Shown piece after piece: positions 35,446-48,629 of a stretch of 64,000 nucleotides of DNA. The notes under the pieces were generated by a model that made no database searches, was not told where the DNA came from, and worked only from the letters and a program-made list of their open reading frames with translations. A program made the translations under genes and the position numbers. Source of the DNA: Hypanus sabinus (lineage: Eukaryota). Position 1 is the first letter of the stretch. Each line of letters opens with the position of its first letter. Where the stretch lies: NCBI RefSeq assembly GCF_030144855.1, contig NC_082717.1, positions 86,924,001-86,988,000 of the forward strand, given 5' to 3'.

Positions 35446-38400
35446 GGAGAAGAGCTGGAAAATTCAATCCAGGACAGGTGGTAATATTATCGTTCTTGAC
35501 CAGCAAAGCCTTGTACTTCAGAGTCTATGATATCATGCTAAAATAAAAGAATCTGGTATTGAGCTTTATTTTAAAATTTCTCTGATGAACAGAGCTAGCA
35601 GAAAGAATGTACGAATCATCGGTCTACCTAAAGGTACAGAAGGCAGCCAACCAGTGAAGTTTTTTGAGGGCTGGCTGCCTAATTTCCTTGATTTGGAAAC
35701 CAAGGCTGGATGCATTAAAGTGGAAAGAGCTCACCGCACGCTGGCTCTAAAACTGGGCCCAGGCCAATGCCCTCGACCTGTTCTTGTGCAGTTCCATAAC
35801 TTCGGTGATAAGCAAAGAGTGATGGAGACTTAGAGACACCACGGGACTGATGCCCAGGTTTTAATATATGAGGGATCCAGGCTTATGTTTTTTCAAGATT
35901 TTTTGGCAGCCATTATTTGGAAGCAAGATATCTTATAGGATGGGTAACGTGTTTGTTTTGATTAATACAGTTTTATTATTTGTTTAAATTTGTGGTGCTG
36001 CTCTAGACTGAAGGAGTTTAAACATGATGGTAACAAATTGGTTGATTAATAAATTATACCCTGTTTTCATTTTTGATTATGTTAAATGCCATATTGGCAG
36101 TGGGGCAGAATATGGGGAGCTAGAGGGTTCAGATATCCCCATTAAGTTTGGGGTAAATCTCTTGCTCAGCACTGTTGGCACTTTGTTTTTTGTGAGTGTG
36201 TATTTTTTATTTAGTTATTGCTGCTCAGCTGATCTTAAGTCAGGTTTCTTCCCCTCCGGAGTCACATGACTGTTATAAAGGGTTATGACCAGTAATATAT
36301 TAAAATTGTGCACTTGGAACATTAAGGGGAGTCATTCACCAATCAAGAGAAAGAAAATCCTACTCAACCTGAAAAAGCAGAGGGTGGATATCGTCTTATT
36401 GTAGGAGACACATTTAAATGATAAAGAACATCTAAAACTGCAACAGAATGAATTTGATCAAGTCAATTTTCCACCTTTTAATACCAGGAGTAGGGGGTGG
36501 TCATTTTAATTAGGAAAACTTACCTTTTAAGTTATTAGACTGCATTAAGGATAAATATGGGAGATTTGTGATTGTTGAAGGCTTCAATATATGGAAAGGA
36601 AGATGGTATTTCAATGTTTACTGCCCTCCAGCTCATCCTCTCAAATTCCTAACAGATGCCTTTTTTCAAACTTACAAGCTTTTCAATACAAAACATTATT
36701 GCAGGTGGGGATTTTAATTCTCTCATGGACCCATTGATGGACAGAGCACCTAGTGGTCCCCCATTGCTCTCCTCACCGTCCAAACAAATCATGGGCTTAA
36801 GTGGAGAACTAGCACTTGTGGATGTCTGGAGGTTGTTACATCCCTCAGACAAAGACTTCAGAATTGTTTCTAATCCACACAAGTGTTACACCAGAATAGA
36901 TTTTTTCTAACCCCCAAAACGCCCCTAGATTTAGTTGTATCCTGCACAATTGGAAATATCACTATTTCTGACCATGCAGCAGTAGATTTAAATATTAAGC
37001 CCAAAGATAATTCAGCACGATCTAGGCATTGGAGGCTGAATCCCTTTATTCTAAAAGATAATAAATTTATAGACTACCTTACTTCCAAATTCAAAACTTT
37101 CCTATCTATTAAATCGATGCTCTGGGAAATCACGAATGCGTATGCAAGAGGATTAACTATATATCTTATTCTGCCAGTAAGAAGCGACAAGCTGTGGAAC
37201 AGCACCGCCTAGTGGAAGCAAGGCTTGCAGCAGCTGAAAAGAATTGTATTAATAAGTCTACTGCAGCAAAGTTACAGAATATCACAGTCCTATGCTGTAT
37301 GCTAAACACTTTACTCACACGAGCAGTCAAAAGAAAATTGACATTTGCTAAACAACGATTGTTTGAACATGGTGAAAAACCAGGTAGATAATTGGCTTAT
37401 TTAGCTAGAAAGAAGAATGCCTCTCACACTATTGCTTCAATTAGGGATGGGACAGGATCCCTCACTAGTAATTCTAAAATGATTAATGTTGTGTTTAAGA
37501 ATTTTTATTCTAAACTGTATCAATCTGAGCAATGTAATGATGGACAATTTATGATGGAGTGCTTTTTCAGGAATTTAGATCTCCTAGGCATTTCTTCCGA
37601 ACAAGAGTCCCAACTCAGTGCTCTGTTATCTATATATGAGATACAAGAAGCTGTGAGACAGCTCCAAAGTGGGAAGGTCCCTAGTTCTGATGGACTCACT
37701 AGTGAATTCTACATAGTTCACAGGGTTATTATCAGAGCCATTGCTAAACATGTTCAATCATGCACTTAATTATGGTCTCCTCCCACCATCATTGAGAAAA
37801 GCTAATATCTTAATATCTTAAGAAAGAACCCTGAAGATTGTACCTCCTACAGGCCTATTTCATCGTTAAATGTTGATTTTAAAATCTTATCTAAAACCTT
37901 AGCGTTGCGATTAGAAACTGTGTTACCTTTTATCATAAAAGAGGGTCAAACAGTTTTTATAAAAGGCCATAGATCATCTAACAATATCAGAAGATCACTT
38001 AATGTGAGTCAGGCATGTCAGCAACAGGCAGTGGACGGCTCGGTGGTTTCCTTAGATGCAGAAAAGGCCTTTGATCATGTTGAATGGCCGTATCTTTTTT
38101 TCACTTTAGAACAATTTGGTATGGGCAATAAATTTATTATGTGAGTAAAGGTTCTTCATAATGACTCTCTGGTTGTGATTCTCACTAATGGTGTTAGGTC
38201 AGATAATTTTAGTATTCTGAGGGGCAGCCTGCAGGGCTGCCCTTTATCTCCGCTACTTTTCACACTGGTGAGCGAGCCATTGGCTGAAGCTATTCGATAA
38301 GACCACAAAATATCTGCTCCAGACATAGGACTAAGGTCACATAAAATTACATTGTATGTGGATGATGTTCTAATTTTCTTATCAAACCCTGCTATATCAG

Positions 38401-39827
38401 TGCACCACTTTATACAATACATCAATTCATTTAGCTCCTTTTCAGGTTATAAAATCAACTTTACTAAATCAGAGGGTATGCCTCTGGGGAATCTGCAGCA
38501 GGTACCCAACACTCAGGGTGTTTTCCCCTTTAAATGGTCACAGACAGGTTTTGTTTACTTAGGCATATTTATCACACCTATGTTTGATCAATTGTTCAAA
38601 GCTACTTTACGCAGTTATTTGACAAAGTCAAACAGGATCTTGAGCACTGGAGCACTCTTCCCATTTCTTGTCTTGGCTGAATATCCTTGCTCAAAATGAA
38701 CATTCTTCCTCGTCTGCTCTACCCAATATGAATGATTCCAGTCATTTTCACCCAATAAACTCTTAAAAAAATAAATGGCTGGTTTGTTTCTTTCTTCTAG
38801 AACAAAAGAAGATTCTGTATTAAAATGCCTAAGTTACAGCTTCCCAGTCGTCTAGGGGGTCTGGATTTTCCAGACATCAAAAAATATCAAGTTCCTTTTT
38901 ATCTTATGTGGTTGACTGGGTTTGTATGGACCCCTCCTCAATTTGCCTAGACCTTGAAGCTTCACAAGCAAAGTGCCCTCTTATTAATTTGATTTTCCTC
39001 AATAAGATGAAACTAGTTAAGGAATATTGTTGCAATCCAATAACAATTAATAGAGTCAGGGCTTGAAAGTTGGTGTGACAAATTGAGAGCAATGCAGCGA
39101 AAATATCACCCTTCACTCCAATAACTGGCAGACCAGATTTTCAGCCTGGCATAATGGATTCTGGATTTAAACTTTGGATTTCTAAGGGTGTTTTCCATCT
39201 TGGAGATTTGTTTAATGAAGGAACGAAGATGTCTTTTAGTCAAATAGTGCAAAACTATAACATACCCAACAAGGATTTTTTTTGTTTCTTTCAGATAAGA
39301 GATTATATACAGAAAAAAACATTATTGTTAACTGATTTCTATAGTTCTGACATAGAAAGAGGGTGTTTCTTTCTTAGCGTGAAGTCTCCATTAGTACTTT
39401 TTACAGCATCCTGAGGGAATGTTCTTGTGGAGAGGCTGCGGCTGGGAAGGGTCTGGGAGGAAAAGCTGTGAGTAGAGATTACAGCTGAAACATGGGAAGA
39501 CATCTGTGAGAGTGCAAAGAAGATTTCAGTTTGTAATAGAACTAAAGTATTGCAACTCAAAATTCTGCAAAGAGCCCATCTGTCTCCAGATTGTCTCTTG
39601 AAATTTAAGACAGGAGTTTCTCCAATATGTTCTAAATGTAAAGTAAATACTGGAAGTTTCACCCACTGCTTTTGGACTTGTCCCAAACTTTAGGCATACT
39701 GGAGTGATATTTTGGGTGAAATGGAAAAGATTCTTAAGATAGACCTTGAACTGGACCCAGTGTCTTTTCTCTTAGGCTTACCCATCAGTCATATTATTAA
39801 TGTATATCAGAAAAAACTTTTTAACAT

Positions 39828-42800
39828 TGTTATGTACCCCGTTTTAAAAGAACCAGCAGAAATGGAACACACTTGGAGTCTGGTTTTGCTATAAACAAAA
39901 CACTGTTTATTAGTATCTACATAATAATAGTAATAAAATCAGATAAATCAAACAGGTTAGAAGAGTTTATGCATATATAAGTGTGTAAATATAAAACTTC
40001 AAACTTCTTCAAGCTGAGGTGGTAAATGCTACAATGTTACGATGGTATAGGAATGAAGTCAGGTCAGTTTGTCATATTGAGTTGAGTAGGTTTAGGAGAG
40101 AGAGAGAGGTGATTTATTTCCCAAGTAAGCTGATGCCGCTGATTCTTCCACGTCATCCTCCGAAGTCCTATTGAAGTCACCAACTGTGACCCCACAAAAG
40201 GGACCGTCTTCACTCGGTGAAGCTATCAACCCAGGTGAGGGTTAAACACACCGATAGCTTCCCAGCAGCTTTGTCACTAGCATCTACCGCTATAGAAAAT
40301 GGTTTATTAAAATCATGTGCTTTGAGCACAGGTTGATAACACAGGATGGTTTTTAGGCATTCAAATGTCTCCTGGCACAGATCACTCCATACAAATCTTT
40401 CACTCTTCCCTATTAGTTTTGTTATGGGGAGAGCGATATCAGCAAAGTTTTTACAAACCTTACGGTAATACCCAACCATTCCTCAAAACCTCCTTAATGT
40501 TTTCTTGCCTGTTGGAACAGGAACCTCTGTGTTAGCCTGACCCCTGGCCTGCACAGGAGCCATTTGGCCTTGGCCTACTACATCACCAAGATAAGTAATG
40601 GTGGCGTGACAAAATTCACTTTTAGCGAGGTTTACAGTAAGATTGGCCTTGGACAGACTGTCAAATAGTTTCTCCACCGCCGAGATATGCTCCTCCTACC
40701 TGTCATTCCATACAAACAAATCATCCATATAAGCCCCTGTATTTTCTAAACCTTGAATCACTGAATTTATCATCCTTTGGAATGTCCCTGGAGCTTTTTT
40801 CATCCCAAAGAGCAAAACATAGTACTCATGCAGTCCAAATGGTGTCACAAATGCAGAGATTTCTTTAGCCCTTTCCGGCAAGCAAACACACCAGTATCCT
40901 TTTAACAGGTCAATCTTTGTAAGGTATTTGGCCTTTCCCACCTTATCAATACAGTCATCCACTCTCAGGATAGGATAAGATCTGTTTTGGTTACTGCATT
41001 AACATTCCTGTATTCAATAAAGAATCTTATGCTTCCATCTGGCTTAGGCACAATAACACAGGGTGACACCCAGTCTGAGGTAGATGGCCTAATAGTGCCA
41101 TTTGTCAGCATGTATCCAATTTCTTGTGCAGCCATTTTACTTTTGTCTAGGTTCATTCAAAATTACCTTATACAAAGGCACGGACTCAGTCCCCTTTCCA
41201 ATACCTTTGATAATATTTACTTTGTCAGTTTTTATCTCCTCAACAAATTCTGAAACACTGCCCAATATTAGTGACTGGAAAGCACTAGTGTCTCACCAGA
41301 TTCTCACTAGAACCGGAGTTGACTCCCCTTTTACAGACAGAAACCCATTCAAGATAAAACCCTTAAATCCCTCTTGCACTCAGTCAGACCCGTCCTTCCT
41401 TAGCTGTGTCTCAACTGACTGAACACAAGCATTTGAAATTGTCTCCTTTTCTTTCCCTTTTTCCCTTTTCAGAGCAAAACAATTAGCCACCACATAACCA
41501 GGCTTCTTACAAAAGTGACATGTAAAACTGGAAAACTTTCCTTTTGACTGCTTTCCTTCCTCCTTACTTTTGTCACTAGTTCCCGACTTACTTTCTGTTT
41601 TTACCTGTGGGTGATCCTTGTTATCTCTGTTATGCTTTTGGTAGCTCTTACTCAGGACAAACTTAACCTTATGGGTTAAGGCATACTTGTCTGCCAACCT
41701 AGCAGATGCAGAAAGGGTCGTAGCCTCTTTTTCATTTAAGTACATCTTTATGTTATCAGAGACACAGTTTGTGAACTCTTACACCAAAATCAACTCTTTT
41801 AAGTTGTTAATATTCTCATCCACCCCTCTTGAGGTACAACAACGATTGAAGTACACCTGTTGTTCATGAACAAACTGCACATATGTTTGGCTCCGAGACT
41901 TCCTCAGATCTCGAAACTTTTGCCTATACGCCTCTGGAACCAACTCATAAGCCTTAAGCACAAAATCTTTCACTGTGTCATAATCAATTTCCTCTTCAAG
42001 TGTCAGAACAGAATATGCTTGCTGAGCCTTCCCCTTGATCACACTTTGTAACAAAACAGCCCACTGGTCCTTCGGTCACTTCCAATTCCTGGCCACTTTT
42101 TCAAAATGCAGGAAATACTTATCAATTTCTGCTTCATCAAATAAAGATACCAACTGACACTAAACCCACCAAGATCTGCCACTGGACCTCTTTGCTGCAT
42201 TCTCTCCCTCTTGAGCTCTCTCTGTTTTTCAGCCTCTCTAGCATCATACTGCCTTTGTCTTTCTGCTGAGCCCCTCTGTTTCTCTGCCCTGGCAGCTTTC
42301 GAGTTGTTTTAGTTGGAACTCATGCTCACACTTCATTTTTGCTACCTGAAGCTGAAGCTCAGCATCAGTAAATACCTTACCTTCAGCAAACATTTCCAAC
42401 ACATCCTCTTTGAACTTTCCCTTGGATATATAATACTGTGCTATTAACATCTGCATCTGAGCCTTCTTCATTCTAGTAGTCACTTTAACTTTTAATTTTT
42501 GAGCAATTCCCAACAGCACATCCCTCTTAGCATCATCAAATGCTTCAGGGGTTGGTTCTGTCAGACACATACTAACCTCAAACTCCATTTCTGCTTATAT
42601 TCCACGCAAGCAATCAACAGGGATTTTTTCCAATCTGATCAACAATTAGACACTCAATTAAGCCTGCAACAAATTTTTGTTCAGATCCGGGATGAGCCCC
42701 CAATTTAGTGATGTAGCCCGTAATGGGTTAAAAGAACCAGCAGAAATGGAATACACGGAGTAATATAGTAATAAAACCAGATAAATCAAACAGATTAGCA

Positions 42801-43391
42801 GAGTTTATGCATATATAAGTGTGTTAATATAAAACCCCAAACTTCTTCAAACTTAGATGGTAAATGCTACAGTCTTACAATGGTACAGGAATGAAGTCAC
42901 TTCAGTTCGTGGTATTGAGTTGAGTAGATTTAGGAGAGAGAGAGAGTTGATTTATTTCCCAAGTAAGCTGATAACATCGATTCTTCCACGTCATCCTTCA
43001 AAGTCCTACTGAAGTCACCGACTGTGACTCCACAAAAGGGACCATCTTCACGCGGTGAAGCTACAAACCCAGGCAAGGGTTAAACACACCGATAGCTTCC
43101 CACCGGTCTCCCCATTTCTAAACTGTGAGCAAAACCCATCCTTTTGTGGGCACACAAAATTATCCAGTGTCTATTTCTTCCATGTCTCCTGCGTGTCTGT
43201 CTGGAAAGGCAGTTGACCTTGTATACATTCCAAACATGCTGAACACCAGTGACAATCAAATAGGTCAGCCCTGCTGTAACCATAGCAACTCATGAGCTGT
43301 TCGGTGCTCTCTCTCTGAATCAGTACACCCATGCTCTCTCTCTTTTAAAAAGGAACATTCCATATTGAATAAACCTTGATATCTCATCACA
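39828..43391 (-). mobile_element. Ty3/Gypsy LTR retrotransposon with SCAN-related gag (Gmr1-like), internally deleted
   Basis: LTRs at 42707-43391 (5') and 39828-40264 (3', truncated). 4-bp TSD ACAT at 39824-39827 and 43392-43395. PBS TGGGGGCTCATCCCGGAT (tRNA-Pro-like) at 42685-42702. Gag KAYELVPEAYRQKFR with knuckle CHFCKKPGYVVANC. RT KIDLLKGYW..YMDD. RNase H AVDASD. Confidence 0.87.
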
Positions 43392-43637
43392 ACATCCTGA
43401 CTTTTTGTGCGAGGAAAAACATTTTACTTTGTTGGATATCCGATAAGGCCCCCGGAGGTTTTGGTTGGCACAAATTAATCATAGAACACATTCCTTTGGA
43501 CTTTTTGACATGTATGGTACACAGTCAACCATGTATGGTTTTCATAAAACATGGCACGTTTTCTGCAGACAAAAATGTAAACCTGTCTGCTATGCTAATA
43601 AGGGCTTTTGTATAGGATATTGTGGTGATGTCCATAT

Positions 43638-44556
43638 TGTTACAATACATGTCTGGCAACAATGAATATAGAATTGAGTCAAGGTTTGTAAATAACTTAA
43701 CATTTATTAAACTCTACTCAACAAAAATGAAAAGTAAATAGATGACTAATTTAACCAGAAGTTAACTGCTATACAGCAGTTGTGGAACAGTTCTTAAAGT
43801 GGTAAACGTGAACACAGTCTTAAAGTGGTAAATGTGAAAGTCCAAGTGATTTATAGAGTCAATTATGAGAGACTTTCCTGAAGTAACAAATTCCTCTACG
43901 ACGTGATGCTGCTACTGATCCTGGCCAAAATATGCCTTGTCTGAAGGATTCATGAAGAAGGAAATAAAAATGGCTTAAAGGAACTGACCTTTTCCTTGGC
44001 AAATGAACACTGCCCAATCCTTTCTACTCTTACAGGTAGGGTTTAACTCAGATGCAGGTCACTATTTCCTGAATGAAGATTCAATAAGGTCATTCCTTTA
44101 GTAAACCTCCAACGACACCAACATCACTCGATCCTTTGAGTTCCCATACTTCGGTAAAATCTTCACTCTCCAATACTCAGACTTTAAAATTAAATCAAAG
44201 ATACATCAAACAAAAACTGGCAGCGACTGGCCAAAACTGCCAGCACAATGAACACAGTAGCACAGTAGTACTGAGCACAGTAGAAAGCAAAACTCCACTT
44301 TAAAACAAAACTGCGTTGAGACAAATACGCAGTATAACGGATTAACTTATGAATTAAACGGCAACTCAACTCAAAAAATCCTGCATCACAGCAGGCTTTC
44401 CCATTTTATACTTGTTGGAAAATGTCATCACACAACCTCACACTGCCAGGAAATTACATAACCCCACCATCACAAGACCATTACATCATGCTCACCAGAT
44501 ATCCAATTACATCATGGTCATAAGACAGTCACAAGATACCCATGGGGTATGTAACA
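43638..44556. mobile_element. Solo LTR (919 bp) inserted in the 3' end of L1 C
   Basis: Inverted termini TGTTACA...TGTAACA and a perfect 4-bp TSD ATAT at 43634-43637 and 44557-44560. No coding remnant. Confidence 0.8.
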
Positions 44557-45117
44557 ATATTTTGATGGAAGTTTTCTGGTACCTGATATCTGTGAGTGGA
44601 AGAAATGTAAATATAAGTGTATCTGGAAATTGAAAGTTTTGTTTTCTGAGCAAAAATAAATAAATAATTCTTTTTAAAAAAATCTCTGACAGCATGACAG
44701 TGTAAAACATGTTCTCCATCTCAACTGTTAACACTGAGGTGGTATTAATCAGGCTCATTAACTCCATCAAATCTCTTCATTTCACTCGGTACCATTCTCA
44801 ACCACTGTAAAAATCATATTTCCCCTTCATCTGCTCAGATGCCGCTTTCTGTAAATGAATTGATTTATTATTTGGAATATTCTGAAAATATCCTTCTTTG
44901 TAATGAAGTCAATAAAATGACAGATCTATAGTATTTCTTAACTTCAGAAAATTGTGTTGTGAAATTCACTTGCAAGCCAATTCTCTTTCCATCTCATCCC
45001 AACAATTCACTAAAATGTCTTCTGCAGGATCTTCAATTCCTTCTGTCTTCTGTTTAACATATTCAGTGTAACATAACTCCGCAAACCCCACTTATGTTTC
45101 CATGTTTCTGTGACCAT

Positions 45118-48100
45118 TATAGGATAACATAACTGGGAGAAATGTACATAATTCACAACCACTGACATTGGGTTGGGGTTTTGCTTTAAGAGACTGGTCA
45201 GGTTTGATGACATCATTACATCAGAATTTTTAGTACTCTTTTGTGTTTAGGTTTTGGAGTTCAATTAAAATGTGTTATGGTTTCATTAAACATAAAATGC
45301 CTCATTTAATTTTATTTGTAAAATCCTGCATTGGTGACCCCAAGGGTCTAGGTAGATTCCAGAGTTATTGAATATGTCAGCCAACTCAGTGGCTTTGAAA
45401 CTGCTGGAGATTAGGAAACAAAAATGCTGTTATTTGGTTTATACAAGCTAAGGCCCAGTTTGATCTGCGAGGAATATCTATGGACAACACCAAATTCTAC
45501 TATGTGGTAACATTACTCAACAATTCCATGGCTGGGAGACTGGAGAGTCTGCTTGAACACCTGCCTGAACATGATAAGTACTGATTGCTGAAATCACACC
45601 TTTTACAGTCTTTTGGACTATTGGAGACTGAGTAGTTGTTCTCCTTACCTGGTCTTAGTGATGCTAGACCTTCGAAGACCATGGAACACTTGGCGTCTCT
45701 CCTGGGAAGTCACCATCCTTCTTTTATTTTCATTGACCTGTTCATGCAGCAGATGGATGATCAAGTTTGCATAGCCCTCGCCAATGAACCTGTGATGGAC
45801 TACAGGGAGCTTGCTGATAGTGCCAGTATTGCAAGATGTCTGTCAACTACATTGGGCACATAATCTCATGGGATGGAGTAGCTATAGATCCGTTCAAGGT
45901 AGAGGCAGTGACCGCATAGTCAAGGCCCAAAAATGTGAGTAAACCTGTCCAGGTGTCAGGTCTCTCAGTGGGAGAGTATTTTGGAAATAGTGATCACAAT
46001 TCTATCTCCTTTAGCATAGCATTAGAGAGAGATTGGAACAGACAAGTTAGGGAAATGTTTAATTGGAGTAAGGGGAAATATGAGGCTGTCGGGCAGGAAC
46101 TTGGATGCATAAATTAGCAACAGATGTTCTCAGGAAAACGTATGGGAGAAATGTGGCAAATGTTCAGGGGATATTTGCCTTGAATACTGCATAGGTATGT
46201 TCCAATGAGACAGGGAAAGGAAGGTAGAATATAAGATCTGTGGTGTACAAAGGCTGTTGTAAATCTAGTCAAGAAGAAAAGAAGAGCTTACAAAAGGTTC
46301 AAAAAACTAGGTAATGATAGAGATTTAGAAGATTACAAGGCTGGAAGGAAAGAGCTTAAAATTATATCAGGAGAGCCAGAAGGGGCCACAAGAAGGCCTT
46401 GACGGACAGGATTAAGGAAAACCCCAAGGCATTCTTCAAGTATGTGAAGTCCAAGAGGATAAGATGTGAGAGAATAGAACCAGTCAAATGTGACAGTGGA
46501 AAAGTGTGTATGGAACCAGAGAAAATTGTGGAGGTACTTAATGAGTACTTTGCTTCAGTATTCACAATGGAAAAGAATATTGGTGATTGTAGGGATGACT
46601 TGCAGTGGACTGAAAATCTTCAGCATGTAGATATTAAGGAAGAGGATGTGCAGAAACTTTTGGAAAGCATCAAGTTGGGTAAGTCACCAGGACTAAACCA
46701 GATGTACCCCAGGCTACCGTGGGAAATGAGGAAGGGGATTTCTGAGCCTCTGGCAATAAAGTTTGCATCATCAATGAGGACAGGAGAGGTTGTAGAGGGT
46801 TGGAGGGTTGTAGATGTTGTTCCCTAATTCAAGAAAGAGAGTAGGGATAGCTGAAGAAATTATAGACCAGTGAGTCTTACTTCAGTAGCTGATAAGTTGA
46901 TGGGGAAGATCTTGAGAGGCAGGATTTATGAACATTTGGAGAGGCATAATATGATTAGGAACAGTCAGCATGGCTTTATCAAAGGCAATTCATGACTTAC
47001 AGCCTGATTGAAATTTTGAGGATGTGACTAAACACATAAATGAAGGTAGAGCCATAGATGTAGTGTATGTAGATTTCAGCAAGGCATTTGATAAGGCACC
47101 CCATGCAAAGGAGGCATGGGATCCAAGAGGACTTTGCTTTCTGGATCCAGAACTGGCTTGCCCACAGAAGGCAAAGAGTGATTGTAGACAGGTCATATTC
47201 TGCATGGAGGCTGGTGACGAGTGGTATGCCTCATAGATCTGTTCTGGGACACCCTACACTTCATGATTTTTATAAATGACCTGGATGAGGAAGTGGAGAG
47301 ATGGGTTAGTAGATCTGATGATGACACAAAGGTTAGGGGTGGTGTGAATAGTGCAGAAGGCTGTCAGATGTTACAGTGGGACATTGATAGGATGCAAAAC
47401 CGGGCTGAGATGTGGCAGATGGAGTTCATCCCAGATAAGCCTCGTGTTAGGCTACATCACACCATGGCGATTCACCCACAGTCCAATGGAAATCATGGTG
47501 CAAGTGATTTCATTGCTTCTGAAAGGCTGATCTCAGAGCTCCCACGATAAATGAGTGTTAGCATGATCATCTTCAATTAGTTCTGTTGGGGCTCAGAAAT
47601 GCTCCAAAAGAACACATGCAGTCAGCCATGGCTGAGTTGGTTTACAGGCTGCTGTTATGAGTGTCAGGTGATTTCAACCACCTGGTCGGCCTCTCAACTG
47701 TGCTCAATCCTCCTCAATAAATTCAATTCCTTTCCACCTATTCCTACCTCCCACACAGAGCTCTTGTTGATCTACATTCTGCCTCATGTTTTCATCCACC
47801 ATGATGCACACCAGCATCCCTTTCAATGGACTGTTCAATAATTTGGAATGGGGAGAAAAGACTTTCATCATAGGTAAGAGGAGTAAGCCTGAACATATTT
47901 CGGTAGATTGCCTTAAACCGGCTCACCAAGATTTGGATTCCTCTGCCATGCCCCTGGTGTCACAACATGACCATGAGCACATTAATATACCTCTGGACAT
48001 GCGGTTTCTCCATTATTGGAGCACAGGAGCAGAGCTGGGTGGTTCATCTAAACTCTACACAGGCTCACAAAGCCAGCTTTATTGAAATCTTGGAGCAGTC

Positions 48101-48315
48101 CTGTGTAGGGCAATGTAATTGGGGGAAACATCCATAATTCGCAACCACCAACATTGGGTTAGGGTTTTGCTTTAAGAGGCTGGTCTGATGTGATGATGTA
48201 TCTCTGTAAGGTTTTTTTGTGAACTTTAGTTTTTATGTTTTGGAGTTCAATTCTTGCGTTACAGGTTTCATTAACCAAAAAATGTGTTAACTTCTTTTAT
48301 TTGCAAAAACGTCCA
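45118..48315 (+). mobile_element. Old Gypsy LTR retrotransposon with ~212-bp LTRs, internally deleted and interrupted by CR1
   Basis: Diverged direct repeats at 45118-45330 and 48104-48315. PBS TGGTGACCCC (tRNA-Trp-like) at 45332. Gag remnant WFIQAKAQFDLRGISMDNTKFYYVV..GLSDARPS. Integrase remnants HPQSNG and ISVDCLKPAH. TSD CCAT/CCTT. The empty site is visible in the paralog 3 flank (~61770, GTGACCTTGAC). Confidence 0.75.
45935..47436 (+). mobile_element. CR1-type LINE ORF2 fragment
   Basis: SDHNSISF, IKENPKAFFKYV, YRPVSLTS, DVVYVDFSKAFDK, FINDLDE and WQMEF. Confidence 0.85.
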
Positions 48316-48629
48316 CCTTGACCTTTAAGAACACAGAATATTGTCCATGTACATGAGCGTGTTTATTCCTTTATCCATCCCTCTACTCCTCTTCCTTCCT
48401 GACCACAGGGAATATTGTAATCATTATATTGATTCACACTTGTCCCTTAACCACTCACATCCACTGAAGGAAATCAGGTCTCTGTCGGGCTCTGATACAC
48501 TTGCTCCAAGTGCTCATCTCTCAGACAATGACAACAAGCACACTTCATTCTGCCTTGCCTCATACTCACAAACTTTCTTGAAGTTTTATCCATGTGTACG
48601 CAGAGGAATTGGTTGCTTGATTTATTGAT

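Larger units (their letters stand above)
35586..44680 (+). mobile_element. L1 element C (5'-truncated in ORF1, degenerate), interrupted by a Gypsy element and a solo LTR
   Basis: ORF1 NRASRKNVRIIGLP..VERAHR. Endonuclease TWNIKG, AGGDFN, TRIDFF, SDHAA. RT SLDAEKAFDHVEW, QGCPLSP, YVDD. The C-terminus KKLFNI|LTFCARKNIL is rejoined across the LTR insertion. AATAAA and an A tail occur at 44655-44682. Probable TSD AAAAT(T)TCTCTGA at ~35573-35585 and ~44677-44689. Confidence 0.85.

Noticed and set aside
48341-48628. Similar small ORFs at 48341, 61795 and 4837 as a micro-protein family
   Set aside because: They lie in the duplicated 3' flank. Stops and frames are not conserved across the three copies, and the starts are non-ATG.
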